Assembly: GCA_947628095.1 (NCBI GenBank)
Contig: CANQYO010000001.1
Coordinates: 1-57,724, forward strand
Origin: an uncultured Bacilli bacterium
GTDB taxonomy: Bacteria; Bacillota_I; Bacilli_A; RF39; UBA660
Direction: 5' to 3'
Length of the DNA stretch: 57,724 nt
The notes beneath the pieces were generated by a model, which was not told where the DNA came from, made no database searches, and saw only the letters and a program-made list of their open reading frames with translations. The translations under genes and the position numbers were made by a program. Positions 25,684 through 35,987 of this stretch are shown in pieces (the first letter of the stretch is position 1; each line of letters starts with the position of its first letter).

Positions 25684-26793
25684 TTATAATAAATACCATA
25701 ATTTTTTATCATTTTTTCTAACTTCTTCAATTATACCGCCAGCTATAACTAAATCACCTTGATATATAACACAAGCTTGTCCTGGTGTAACGGCTATCAC
25801 ATTATTATAATGAACTATTAATTGATTATTATTTAAATATTCAATTGTTACGTCAACATCAGGTTGGCGATAACGAAATTTGGCTTTAGCTTTGGTTGGT
25901 CTTTCATCACTTAAAAAGTTTAAATCTGTAACTAAGCAACTATCACTTTTTAAATACTCATTATCGGTTTTAAAAGACACATATAATATATTTTTATCTA
26001 GGTTTTTACCAACTACAAACATTTTATCTTTATTGCCACCTATATTTAATCCTTTTCTTTGACCAATTGTATAGTACATTAAACCTTGGTGTTCCCCTAC
26101 TCTTTTCATGGTATCAATGTCGATTACATCACCAGGTTGACTAGGCAAATAATTTTTTAAAAACTCTTTGAAGTTCCTTTCACCAATAAAACAAATACCT
26201 GTTGAATCTTTCTTTTTAGCTGTAACTAAATCATATTCAGAAGCTATCTTTCGAACTTCTTCCTTGGTCATATCACCAATTGGAAATAAAACATTTTTGA
26301 ATTTTTCACGTTTAACTTCTGATAAGAAATATGATTGGTCTTTATTATTATCAATTCCTTTTAATAAATTACCATTTAAAACTCTAGCATAATGTCCAGT
26401 AGCAATATAATCAGCTCCTAATTTTTCAGCTTCTTTTATAAAATAATCAAATTTTATATATTTATTGCACATAATATCAGGATTTGGTGTTCGACCTTTT
26501 TTTAGTTCATCCAAAAAATAAGTAAAAACATAATCCCAATATTCTTTTACAAAATCAACTCTATGAAGCGGAATATTTAATTTTTGACATACTGCTAAAG
26601 CATCATTATAGTCTACTTCCTGAGGACAAATTGAATTATTTAAATTAGGGTTTCCTAAATAGTCATTATTGATACTACTATCCCAATTTCGCATAAAAAG
26701 TCCTATTACCTCATAACCTTGTTTTTGTAAAATAATAGCAGCCACACTGGAATCAACTCCGCCAGACATTCCGATAACTACCTTTTTTTTCAT
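25684..26793 (-). CDS. mnmA: tRNA-specific 2-thiouridylase
   Basis: 369 aa; PP-loop GMSGGVDSSVAA, catalytic Cys motifs (PNPDIMCNKYIKF, DSTGICFIGE). Confidence 0.92.
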   Translation of the reverse strand: MKKKVVIGMSGGVDSSVAAIILQKQGYEVIGLFMRNWDSSINNDYLGNPNLNNSICPQEVDYNDALAVCQKLNIPLHRVDFVKEYWDYVFTYFLDELKKGRTPNPDIMCNKYIKFDYFIKEAEKLGADYIATGHYARVLNGNLLKGIDNNKDQSYFLSEVKREKFKNVLFPIGDMTKEEVRKIASEYDLVTAKKKDSTGICFIGERNFKEFLKNYLPSQPGDVIDIDTMKRVGEHQGLMYYTIGQRKGLNIGGNKDKMFVVGKNLDKNILYVSFKTDNEYLKSDSCLVTDLNFLSDERPTKAKAKFRYRQPDVDVTIEYLNNNQLIVHYNNVIAVTPGQACVIYQGDLVIAGGIIEEVRKNDKKLWYLL

Positions 26794-26823
26794 TTCACAT
26801 CACCAAACTAAACATATTATACA

Positions 26824-27453
26824 TCATTTTATTAGAAAAGTAAAAAGTTTCATGATAAAATCTGCTAAATATGTTTCATATAAGGTTGTAATAATTAAAA
26901 TAATTGCTGAAATTAAGACAATTTTAAAATATTTCTTGATAATAAGTTGGAAATTAATTTGTTTTTTCAAAAAAAGTGCTTTAAATAATTTAATTGATAA
27001 ATTTATACCATGAAACGATAATAAAAGATAAACTATTAAATTTAAAATTTGATGCGGGAATATATAGAAAATACTAAAAGGTATTCCTAGAAAGCCATAA
27101 GTTATTAATATTATGCCCATTGAAAAACCAATTATAAAGCTTTTAAAATATAAAATAAAGGGGTTTAAAATAACTCCTATAATTGATAAACTGAAAATAA
27201 TTATAATTACTAAGTAAAGAAAATTGGTACTAAATATACTTAATAAATTGCTAAAGTAATTAATCTCTGTACCATTTTTAATATTTATAAAATATTTCTC
27301 GGTTATTTCTATTAATTCTTTTTTATCATTATAACTTAGAATATTAGCTAGAATTATTCCAGATAAAAAGCCAATTAGAATTATTGTTAATAGAAAGATA
27401 TACTTGTACTTATTCTTTTTTAAATCATTTTTTAATGCTAGTTTGTTTTTCAT
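26824..27453 (-). CDS. SpoIIM-like (DUF95) integral membrane protein
   Basis: 209 aa; about 5 TM; overall pattern and IFPHQILNLIVYLLLSFHG resemble stage II sporulation protein M. Confidence 0.5.
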   Translation of the reverse strand: MKNKLALKNDLKKNKYKYIFLLTIILIGFLSGIILANILSYNDKKELIEITEKYFINIKNGTEINYFSNLLSIFSTNFLYLVIIIIFSLSIIGVILNPFILYFKSFIIGFSMGIILITYGFLGIPFSIFYIFPHQILNLIVYLLLSFHGINLSIKLFKALFLKKQINFQLIIKKYFKIVLISAIILIITTLYETYLADFIMKLFTFLIK

Positions 27454-27512
27454 TTTCTCACCATTTAATAATACTCAGGAAATCTAAAAAAAAGTACAAC
27501 TAATTGTACTTT

Positions 27513-28583
27513 TTAAAATAATCTTAAAATATCGTTAAAGGTTACATAGACAAGTAAAGCAAGTAATAAGAAGAACCCTATATTATGAATTAAATTTTCT
27601 GTTTCAGGTTTAACAGGACTTCCCTTAATTTTTTCAATAACAAGGAATAAAATACGACCACCATCAAATGCAGGGAATGGTATTAAATTCATTATACCAA
27701 CATTAACACTTAGTAAAGCAATTAAACTTAAAATACTATACCAACCAGCACTTCTAGTTTCATCAACGGCTGAATAAATGCCAACTGGTCCAGACAACTG
27801 ATTTATTCCAACTCCTCCTGTAAATAATTCCTTTAAAGTAATAAATACTTGTCTTGCAATAGAATAAAATTTTTGAAAACTGAATTTAAGAGATTTTAGA
27901 AAACCTTTATGCATGGTATTATCAAATTGTATACCAAAACTATAACCTTTTTCTTCTTCAGCTTTTCCTTTTAAAGGAGTAACTTTATATTTCTTTTCTT
28001 GATTATCTCTTAAAATAGTAAATTCTGTTTCTTTACTTCCGGCAATCGTTAAATATAATTGAACATCATCTAAAGTTTTAGTTGTTTTATTATTAATAGC
28101 AAGAATTGTATCACCACTTTGAAGTCCAGCATCTGCCATTGGAGAACCTTCAATTACAGTAGGAATAGAAGTAGATAAATTAGGACTACCATATATTAAA
28201 GCACAGATAAATAAAACAATTATAGCTAGGATAAAGTTATTTCCAGCTCCAAAGAACATTATTAAAAATCTTTGCCAAGCAGGTTTTCCTTGAAGTAAAT
28301 TTTCCTTTGGAATATTTTTATCTTCTAAGGCACCTTCTCCAGCTAATTGAACAAAACCTCCAATTGGTATTGCACGAATACAGTAAGTAGTTTCACTTAC
28401 CTTCTTTTTAGCTTTTTTCTTTTTCTCTTGTCTTTTTTTACTTGTCCATATAGCAGGTCCCATACCTATTGAAAATTCATATACATGAACTTTAAACATT
28501 TTAGAAAAGATAAAATGTCCAAATTCATGTACTAAAACAATTATTCCTAAAATAAATACAAAATATATAATTGAAACTATCAT
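27513..28583 (-). CDS. rseP: RIP (site-2) zinc metalloprotease RseP/YluC
   Basis: 356 aa; HEFGHF zinc motif, central PDZ-like region, C-terminal LNLIPFPAFDGGR motif. Confidence 0.9.
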   Translation of the reverse strand: MIVSIIYFVFILGIIVLVHEFGHFIFSKMFKVHVYEFSIGMGPAIWTSKKRQEKKKKAKKKVSETTYCIRAIPIGGFVQLAGEGALEDKNIPKENLLQGKPAWQRFLIMFFGAGNNFILAIIVLFICALIYGSPNLSTSIPTVIEGSPMADAGLQSGDTILAINNKTTKTLDDVQLYLTIAGSKETEFTILRDNQEKKYKVTPLKGKAEEEKGYSFGIQFDNTMHKGFLKSLKFSFQKFYSIARQVFITLKELFTGGVGINQLSGPVGIYSAVDETRSAGWYSILSLIALLSVNVGIMNLIPFPAFDGGRILFLVIEKIKGSPVKPETENLIHNIGFFLLLALLVYVTFNDILRLF

Positions 28584-28591
28584 ATTACCTC

Positions 28592-29380
28592 CTAATATAA
28601 TCCACTTATAAGTATATATGTCATTGCAACAAAAATAATGCTGTCAAGACGGTCTAAAATTCCACCATGTCCAGGAATTAAATTACTAAAATCTTTTATC
28701 TTTTCATTTCGTTTAATGCTAGATTTAACTAAATCTCCAAGTTGACCAATGATACTTAAAAATAAAGTTAATACTACTATCATTAAAATATTTTTCTTGC
28801 TAATTAGAAAAACATATACTAAAGTCCCTCCAATTGTTCCCATTAAACTTCCAGCTAAACTTCCTTCAAAACTTTTATTAGGTGATATCTGAGGGGCAAT
28901 TTTATGATGTCCAAACTTCTTACCAATTAAATAAGCAAAAGTATCCGTTAAAATTGTGATTGTAAATAAGTATATTAAATTATAAATTCCAAGATTACGA
29001 ATGTAAATCAAATTATTGAATGCAAGTCCTATAAATAAAGTTATTGCAATAAGATAAAAAGCATCTTTATAATTATACTTTTTTTGATTATTTATAAATA
29101 CTAAAAGTAATAAATAAATAAGCGGGATTAATAGTAATATATTATAATCAATTGCTATAATTAAATTATTAAATAAGAAATTATAAAGAATTAATAAAGC
29201 TGTAAATAAATGTGCTACGACAATAACTAAAATTGGTAAATCTTTTCTTAATTTTAAAAGCTCATGTAATGCAATCATTCCAAGAAGTAACATAAGGATA
29301 GCATAAGGAATCTTACCTATGATTACTAAAGGAATAAAAATAATAAGCATAACAAGAGCACTAATAATTCTTTGTTTCAT
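28592..29380 (-). CDS. cdsA: Phosphatidate cytidylyltransferase
   Basis: 262 aa; signature [28 protein letters not shown]; multi-TM. Confidence 0.9.
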   Translation of the reverse strand: MKQRIISALVMLIIFIPLVIIGKIPYAILMLLLGMIALHELLKLRKDLPILVIVVAHLFTALLILYNFLFNNLIIAIDYNILLLIPLIYLLLLVFINNQKKYNYKDAFYLIAITLFIGLAFNNLIYIRNLGIYNLIYLFTITILTDTFAYLIGKKFGHHKIAPQISPNKSFEGSLAGSLMGTIGGTLVYVFLISKKNILMIVVLTLFLSIIGQLGDLVKSSIKRNEKIKDFSNLIPGHGGILDRLDSIIFVAMTYILISGLY

Positions 29381-29447
29381 ATATCCTCCACTTAAAATAA
29401 ATTATACCCTTCATAGAGAAAAATAGCAAGAAAAAAAGAGTAATTTC

Positions 29448-29729
29448 TTACTCATTCACGTAAACACTAGCAACTGTTCTTGAACCTTTATGTTCATATT
29501 TTAAAATTCCAGATACAGTTGTATATAATGTGTCATCACTACCCTTTTTAACATTTATTCCAGGGTGAATTTTTGTTCCTCTTTGACGATAGATTATAGA
29601 ACCGGCTGTAATGAACTCACCATCAGCTGCTTTTGCTCCAAGTCTACGACCTTTAGAATCACGTCCATTTGTAGAAGAACCTTGTCCTTTTTTATGTGCA
29701 AATAACTGAATATTTAATTCTAATTTCAT
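29448..29729 (-). CDS. rpmA: 50S ribosomal protein L27 (with cleavable N-terminal extension)
   Basis: 93 aa; the extension [10 protein letters not shown] precedes AHKKGQGSS, as in Bacillota that carry Prp. Confidence 0.95.
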   Translation of the reverse strand: MKLELNIQLFAHKKGQGSSTNGRDSKGRRLGAKAADGEFITAGSIIYRQRGTKIHPGINVKKGSDDTLYTTVSGILKYEHKGSRTVASVYVNE

Positions 29730-29735
29730 ATCTTT

Positions 29736-30038
29736 CTACCTTTCTTTAATTTTAACATTTTTAGGATAATCATTACTTAATTTAATTAAAAGTTCCATCA
29801 TATTATCAATTAATTTTAAAGTAATATCATCATTTTTTAGTATTTCAATTTTTAAAGTATCATTTTTATACTCATGATTAATAGCATCTTTATCGATAGT
29901 AATTATTCCATTTATTGTAGTTGTTACAATACTTGAAACACTACTACAAACAATATCTTTACCAAAATCAGCATATAAAGCATGGCCTTTAATTTCTATA
30001 CTATTTTTATTTCTTGTAATAAGTATCATATTAACCAA
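29736..30038 (-). CDS. prp: Ribosomal-processing cysteine protease Prp
   Basis: 100 aa; lies between rplU and rpmA; GHA...DIVCSSVSS His/Cys dyad. Confidence 0.85.
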   Translation of the reverse strand: MVNMILITRNKNSIEIKGHALYADFGKDIVCSSVSSIVTTTINGIITIDKDAINHEYKNDTLKIEILKNDDITLKLIDNMMELLIKLSNDYPKNVKIKER

Positions 30039-30330
30039 TTTTTTTAATTTCTACTTTAGTATATGGTTGTCTATGTCCTTGTTTCTTTCTAGTAGAAGTT
30101 GTATTAGGCTTATATTTAAAGATTTTAATCTTAGAACCTTTACCATGTTTTACTATTTCACCAAGAACTTTAGCACCCTTTACAGTAGGATTTCCAACGG
30201 TTTTATCTAACATAAGTACTTCATCAAAAGTAACTTTATCTCCAGCATTACCATTTAGTTTTTCAACATAAATAATACTACCTTCAGAAACACAATATTG
30301 TTTTCCTCCTGTTTTAATAACTGCTTTCAT
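30031..30330 (-). CDS. rplU: 50S ribosomal protein L21
   Basis: 99 aa; MKAVIKTGGKQY N-terminus, KKQGHRQPYTKVEI C-terminus. Confidence 0.95.
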   Translation of the reverse strand: MKAVIKTGGKQYCVSEGSIIYVEKLNGNAGDKVTFDEVLMLDKTVGNPTVKGAKVLGEIVKHGKGSKIKIFKYKPNTTSTRKKQGHRQPYTKVEIKKIG

Positions 30331-30455
30331 ATTTCCTCCTTTTCTTAAGACTCGCTTTTAAGGTACAAATAATTTGTTTTTAAACCTTTTCAATGCGGTT
30401 TGAGCTAGAAGGCTTCAAACATAAAGATTTTACCATATAATATATGATAAGTCAA
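30331..30455 (-). promoter_or_regulatory. rplU promoter plus structured 5' UTR (possible L21-leader)
   Basis: On the - strand: TTGACT (30450-30455), 17-nt spacer, TAAAAT (30427-30432). The UTR contains the hairpin GTTTGA-N11-TCAAAC. Assignment to the L21 leader family is not verified. Confidence 0.45.
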
Positions 30456-30462
30456 ACAAAAT

Positions 30463-32247
30463 TTACTTAATTTTAAGAGTTTTATTCTCTTTCGAATTTT
30501 TTTCAATTATATCATATCTTGTTTCAATATTATATGTTGAACATTCAGGTATTATTAAACCACTTGTATCTTTTATATTAGGAAGATTTAAAGTATCTTC
30601 TGAAATCTCTAAAGGTAATAAAACATTTTCCATCTTTCTAAACCAAAATAATTTTGTTTTACCTTCTATATTTTCTGGTAATCTACTATCTTTTAAGAAA
30701 ACTGCTCCTAGAACCTCAAAATCTTTTTTGATATAATCTGGAAATAAAATATTTACCAATTTAGCTTCATCTATTGCAAAAAAATTAATTTTAAGACTTC
30801 CATATACTCTTTTTGGAAAAGTAACATTTTCTAGAGTACTATCAATTTCAAATTCAATATCTCCATATAATTCTTCTGTTTTAAAATAAATATTTTTTCT
30901 ATCTTTCCAATTAGAAATTTTAATATTTCCAACTAGAATATTAGGTGTAAATTCAAAATTATTTTCTGAAATTTCAATATTTCCATAATAAACTTTAGTT
31001 TTAAGATTTATCTCTTCTTTACTAGTAGCAACTTCCCCTTCTTGACAATTAAAGATTTGACTAAGGTCTTTTTTAATATTTCGAGTTTTAATTATCTCGA
31101 GAATTCTTGTATCTCCATCATATCCAAAGCCAATAATTTTTTCATCTAATTGATATAAAAATCGAAGTTCTGAAATACTTAATTCTTGTTTAGTTTGATT
31201 TTTATTATATATATCCGTTATTTTTTTCATATCAGCTAGTTTTTTATAATATTTATCATTAGGAAAATAATCTTGAAGAGTTTTTTCTAAAACTTCAATC
31301 ATTTCGGGTTCTACTCCTTGGTCTTTTTCTATTCCTCTAATTTCAGCAATATTTTCATCTTCCATTCTAATAGCAATTCTTGGTATTTTATATTCATTAT
31401 CACTGTTAGTTGTAAAAAAGATATAAAAATCTCCTCTTTCTAATTGGCTTTTAGCAACACTTAAAGCAACTGTACACCAATTGGTATTATAACCTTCAAT
31501 ACTAGAAACCAAAGTCTTCGGATTACTTCCCTTTAAATATCTAACCCAAATTCCTGTATTATTAGTTGACTTTTTATCTTTAGTTACAACCTTTTTTAAA
31601 AAATAAGTATAAATTTTTAGAAAAGAACCAGTTTTAACAATTTGTTCTAGTTGTTTATCAGCTATTCTTAAATTTTTTAAAGACTTTATTAAACTTTCTA
31701 TTGTCAAACTTAAAGCTTCTTTATTTAATTCTATAAATGGAGCTGTTGTTGTTAAACGACGAGTAATATACTCATTATTTTTATTATTCCAAGCTCCAAT
31801 TCTAACCATTCCTTGAAATGCCCAATATTTAGCCCAAAAAGGATAAATATTAGATTCGTCTCTTAAAAAATAATCTAACCATTTATCTAAACTCATCTTT
31901 TGATTATTTATTACTTCACGAGCAATAATATCTTTATAATTTTCTAATTCTTCAATATGACCATACCCTTTTTCTAAAAGAATTCTTTTTTTTAATTCAT
32001 AGAAACTTTCAGGTATATTTTCTTTTTTAATTATATATTTTGCATAAATACTTTCTCTTAAAAAACTAATATGGTTTTTACTAATTAAATTTCTAGCTAA
32101 ATCTTCTAGTTTATTTAAAAAAGCTTCAATATTTGGTATTTTATCAAATTTAGTCCCCACTTGATATTTTAATACTTCAGGAGTTAAATATAGATTTTTC
32201 TGAATATTAGCAATTAAACGAATTGCCTTTGTTTCTAGTTCTTCCAT
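30463..32247 (-). CDS. Hypothetical 594-aa protein with repeat-like C-terminal region
   Basis: Central NWCTVALSVAKSQLERGDFYIFF region. The C-terminal third has reiterated G(N/D/S)I(E/K)I-type segments (YYGNIEISENNF, VGNIKISNW, YGDIEFEID, YGSLKINFF). Family not identified. Confidence 0.5.
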   Translation of the reverse strand: MEELETKAIRLIANIQKNLYLTPEVLKYQVGTKFDKIPNIEAFLNKLEDLARNLISKNHISFLRESIYAKYIIKKENIPESFYELKKRILLEKGYGHIEELENYKDIIAREVINNQKMSLDKWLDYFLRDESNIYPFWAKYWAFQGMVRIGAWNNKNNEYITRRLTTTAPFIELNKEALSLTIESLIKSLKNLRIADKQLEQIVKTGSFLKIYTYFLKKVVTKDKKSTNNTGIWVRYLKGSNPKTLVSSIEGYNTNWCTVALSVAKSQLERGDFYIFFTTNSDNEYKIPRIAIRMEDENIAEIRGIEKDQGVEPEMIEVLEKTLQDYFPNDKYYKKLADMKKITDIYNKNQTKQELSISELRFLYQLDEKIIGFGYDGDTRILEIIKTRNIKKDLSQIFNCQEGEVATSKEEINLKTKVYYGNIEISENNFEFTPNILVGNIKISNWKDRKNIYFKTEELYGDIEFEIDSTLENVTFPKRVYGSLKINFFAIDEAKLVNILFPDYIKKDFEVLGAVFLKDSRLPENIEGKTKLFWFRKMENVLLPLEISEDTLNLPNIKDTSGLIIPECSTYNIETRYDIIEKNSKENKTLKIK

Positions 32248-32378
32248 AAAACCACCGTTAAATATAATAACACTTTTTTAATATTTACAAAAGATTTATT
32301 ATTAATTATTTAAGTTTTAAAATATAAAAAAACTTAGATTTTAATATAAACCTAAGTTATAGTTTTGCTCATATAAAT

Positions 32379-33242
32379 TTATTTATTTTCTTTATAAGTA
32401 GTTTTAATATTTTCTAGAACTAAATTCTTGCCAATTAATTTTAAATTAACTTCTTTAGAGGCAACATAATTGTAATTATCATTAGTTTTCTTTTCAAGAG
32501 CAAACACTAAAGTTACCTTATCACCTTTAATATTTGTATAAGCTAAATTATGTCTTAAAGATTCAAATTCAAATTCTCCAAAAGTTAAAACGATATTATC
32601 ATTATCTCTATATAATCTAATAGTATCAGTATCTAAATATTCTTGTTCGATTACTAAATCAAAATCAGAAACATTTAAATAATTTTTAAAATAAGTTTTA
32701 AGAGTACTATATGGCATTGATATTTTACTTGTAAGACAATATTCTTCATCTTCCTCACAAAGTTGATACTCGTCAGAACTTCCCCAGATAAGATAAGTGG
32801 CAAGTTCAATTATCTTATTATTATCTAGTTCTTTAACATCATAATTTTCAACATTATATAACATAACTCTCGAATTTATTATGTAATTATTAATCATTTC
32901 TGAAGTTATACCATAATCTTTTTCAATAAAATCACTACAAACTTCCTTTAAATTTAATTCATCTTTTTTTAAGTAATTGTTATAGATAACAAAAATAATT
33001 AATAGTAAGGCAACAAAAATAACAATAGTAAAAAGAATACTAGTAAATGATTGAATTGTATCATTTAAACTTTTTTGATTATTTGGAACTTCTAGAACTT
33101 TTGCTTTTTCTTTATTATTTTTTGTTTTATTTGAAGAAGTAGTTTTTTTCTTTTTAATTGGTTCTTTAACCATTTCTACTTCTTTTCTTTTAATAGACGC
33201 TGCTGGTTTAGATTTTACATCTAATTTCTTTTTACTACTCAT
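32379..33242 (-). CDS. Hypothetical membrane-anchored protein
   Basis: 287 aa; Lys-rich N-terminus, one TM (ILFTIVIFVALLLIIFVIY), about 200-aa external domain. Confidence 0.5.
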   Translation of the reverse strand: MSSKKKLDVKSKPAASIKRKEVEMVKEPIKKKKTTSSNKTKNNKEKAKVLEVPNNQKSLNDTIQSFTSILFTIVIFVALLLIIFVIYNNYLKKDELNLKEVCSDFIEKDYGITSEMINNYIINSRVMLYNVENYDVKELDNNKIIELATYLIWGSSDEYQLCEEDEEYCLTSKISMPYSTLKTYFKNYLNVSDFDLVIEQEYLDTDTIRLYRDNDNIVLTFGEFEFESLRHNLAYTNIKGDKVTLVFALEKKTNDNYNYVASKEVNLKLIGKNLVLENIKTTYKENK

Positions 33243-33244
33243 AG

Positions 33245-33475
33245 TTATTCTTCAACTTCAAATTCTTCTAAAGTTCCATCAGTTTTTACTATTTTATTAA
33301 TCATTTCTGTTGCATTTTTTAATTTAGTATCACATATTTTAGCAATATTAGATGCTTCATTGAATTTATTAATTGCATCATCTAACATAACATTTCCACT
33401 TTCAAGTTCTCTTACAATTGTTTCTAATTTTTTGATATTTTCTTCAAAACTTAATTCTTTTTCACTAGCTTTCAT
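33245..33475 (-). CDS. xseB: Exodeoxyribonuclease VII small subunit
   Basis: 76 aa; SFEENIKKLETIVRELESGNVMLDDAINKFNEA matches the XseB pattern. Confidence 0.88.
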   Translation of the reverse strand: MKASEKELSFEENIKKLETIVRELESGNVMLDDAINKFNEASNIAKICDTKLKNATEMINKIVKTDGTLEEFEVEE

Positions 33476-34220
33476 AATCTCTCCTTTTAGTCATAACTTT
33501 TTCTCTTTTTTCTTCGTTTTCAAATTTAAATAAATCATTGTTCATGCGAACTGCAAATATTTGATAATTACTAAATCTTAACCATAAGAATATTTTAATT
33601 TGTAACTCATTTTGAGGACTATAAACATTATCCATATTTTCATTTAATAAAAATTCTTTAAAAGCTTGAATATTTAAAGTTTCACTTGCTTCAAGAAAAA
33701 TATTAATTTTTGTTTCAAAATCTTTATTATGTAAAATAAATACATAATGTTTAAATTTTATATTATCACTTGTAACAGTTTTATAATCTTTACCTTTAAC
33801 AGTATATTTTCTCTCTAAAATATTATTATTTTTATCAGTATAATAGATAGTTCTTAAATGATATATTCCATCTTTTATAATATATTCGTCATAGAAATCA
33901 TTATCACTTTCGTGAAGACGTAAACGCATTTTATTTAAGTCAATTTCAACATCATATTTATAATTAATAAAATCTTTATCTTTGGGTGTTTCTTTATCAT
34001 TAGTTGTTAAAACTAAATTGTATATATTACTACCATCTTTAGATAAATCTTTAATTTTAATATTGGTAATTGGAAAATTTTGAAGTTCATAATCTTCCTG
34101 ATTTTTTAAAACAAATGTATCATAAATTAATTTAGGAATACTAACTAAGGTTTCAGTAAATATTTGACGTATTTCGTTTTTAACTCGTAAATTTGAGCAT
34201 GTTATATTTATATCAATCAT
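33465..34220 (-). CDS. Hypothetical protein inserted between xseA and xseB
   Basis: 251 aa; the start overlaps the xseA stop by 8 nt and the stop overlaps the xseB start by 11 nt; no motif recognised. Confidence 0.55.
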   Translation of the reverse strand: MIDINITCSNLRVKNEIRQIFTETLVSIPKLIYDTFVLKNQEDYELQNFPITNIKIKDLSKDGSNIYNLVLTTNDKETPKDKDFINYKYDVEIDLNKMRLRLHESDNDFYDEYIIKDGIYHLRTIYYTDKNNNILERKYTVKGKDYKTVTSDNIKFKHYVFILHNKDFETKINIFLEASETLNIQAFKEFLLNENMDNVYSPQNELQIKIFLWLRFSNYQIFAVRMNNDLFKFENEEKREKVMTKRRDYES

Positions 34221-35547
34221 GAATATTTATAACCTCACTTTCTATATACCCCTTATCTATTCTTGTTTTTATTATGTCACCTTTACTAACATCAGATAAT
34301 TTAGTAATTGTTTTATCATTTTTAGTTGTAATTGAATACCCTCTTTTAAGAGTAGTAATAGGATTTAATACTTCAACCTTATTTAATAAGTTAATATAAA
34401 TATTCTTTTTTTCATTTAAATACTGAGTACTGCTATTTTTTAATCTTTTAATTAAATCATTATAATAATATTCGTTATCGATTAATAAAACATTAGGATT
34501 TTTAAATATAAAACTTGCTTTTAAATCATTTAATTTTTGGTTTTTATTATTTATATATAAACGCATATCTGTAATAAGTCGTTCATATAAAATTGAGAAT
34601 GTTTGTTCTTTAATTTCATAAATGCGTTTAGGATTTTTGAAAACTTGACTATTTTCAAGACTTACCAATTTTTCTTTATAAATACTTACTTTATGAAGCA
34701 AGGCTTTACGAAGTCTAATGGTTACTTGCTCTAAATAGTTCATAACATCTGGTAAATTAGGAACTGCCATCTCTGCTGCTCCCGTTGGAGTTGGAGCTCT
34801 TTTATCAGCTACAAAATCAGCAATTGTAAAATCAATTTCATGTCCAACTGCAGAAATAATTGGAACTTTTGAAGCATAGATAGCTCTAGCAACAATCTCT
34901 TCGTTAAATGGCCATAAATCTTCAATTGACCCTCCTCCACGACCAACAATTAAGACATCAATATCATAAGTATTAGCTAATTCAATTTTCTTAACTATAT
35001 CATCTTTTGCTAATTCTCCTTGAACAAGAGATGGAAAAAGAATTGTTTCAACAAGTGGCCAACGTCTTTTAATAGTAGATAAGATATCTTTAATAGCTGC
35101 TCCTGTTGGAGCTGTTATAATACCAATTTTTTGAGGAATTTTTGGTATTCTTTTTTTATGGTCTTCTCGAAATAAACCTTCTTTTTGTAATTTTTCTTTT
35201 AATCTTTCAAAAGTTAAATATAAATTACCAAAACCATCTTCTTGCATATCTTCAACAATGATTTGATAACTGCCACTAGCTTCATAAACTGTAATTCTTC
35301 CAGTTACTAAAACTTTCATTCCATCAGCAACAGGAAATTTAACTTTTGAAGCATTATTTTGAAACATAATAGCACTTATTCGAGAATTTTCATCTTTAAG
35401 TGTAAAATAAAAGTGACCACGAGAGTGATTTTTAAAGTTTGATATTTCTCCTTTTAAAAAGACAATTCCAAGATTAGTATCATTATCAATTTTATATTTA
35501 ATATATCTATTTAACTGACTAACGGTAATGTAATCATTCTTTTCCAT
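34213..35547 (-). CDS. xseA: Exodeoxyribonuclease VII large subunit
   Basis: The ORF track starts at 35559. The ATG at 35547 (MEKNDYITVSQLN) has a GAGGA RBS. OB-fold N-terminus, catalytic core GRGGGSIEDLWPFNEE, coiled C-terminus. Confidence 0.9.
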   Translation of the reverse strand: MEKNDYITVSQLNRYIKYKIDNDTNLGIVFLKGEISNFKNHSRGHFYFTLKDENSRISAIMFQNNASKVKFPVADGMKVLVTGRITVYEASGSYQIIVEDMQEDGFGNLYLTFERLKEKLQKEGLFREDHKKRIPKIPQKIGIITAPTGAAIKDILSTIKRRWPLVETILFPSLVQGELAKDDIVKKIELANTYDIDVLIVGRGGGSIEDLWPFNEEIVARAIYASKVPIISAVGHEIDFTIADFVADKRAPTPTGAAEMAVPNLPDVMNYLEQVTIRLRKALLHKVSIYKEKLVSLENSQVFKNPKRIYEIKEQTFSILYERLITDMRLYINNKNQKLNDLKASFIFKNPNVLLIDNEYYYNDLIKRLKNSSTQYLNEKKNIYINLLNKVEVLNPITTLKRGYSITTKNDKTITKLSDVSKGDIIKTRIDKGYIESEVINIHD

Positions 35548-35947
35548 GTAAATCCTCATTATGATAGATTTTATCTAAACAAGCATTCATCATTTTCGTA
35601 ACATTGGTATCACTATAAATTTTAGATAGTTCAATTGTCTCATTTATGCAAACAATTGAAGGAGTATCGGTATAAATTAATTCATAAATACCTAAACTTA
35701 ATATAGCCTTATCAACTTTACTAAGTCTATCTATTGTCCAATCAGTCAAATATTTATTGGCTAATTTAGATATATTATCTTGATTTTTTATAACCCCGTT
35801 TATTGAGTCTTTAACAAAGGAATTCTCAATTTCTAATTGCTCAGAAATAAGATTATCAATATCATATTCAACATTTGTTTTTTCTAAAATATATACTTGA
35901 TATAATACTTTAATTATAATATCTCGTAATTCACTTCTATTTTTCAT
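35534..35947 (-). CDS. nusB: Transcription antitermination factor NusB
   Basis: The ORF track starts at 35959. The ATG at 35947 (MKNRSELR) follows a GGTGG RBS. RSELRDIIIKVLYQ and NACLDKI are typical NusB patterns. Confidence 0.85.
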   Translation of the reverse strand: MKNRSELRDIIIKVLYQVYILEKTNVEYDIDNLISEQLEIENSFVKDSINGVIKNQDNISKLANKYLTDWTIDRLSKVDKAILSLGIYELIYTDTPSIVCINETIELSKIYSDTNVTKMMNACLDKIYHNEDLHGKE

Positions 35948-35987
35948 ACAGACCACCAAGTTAATTGTATCATAAAATACTGATATT

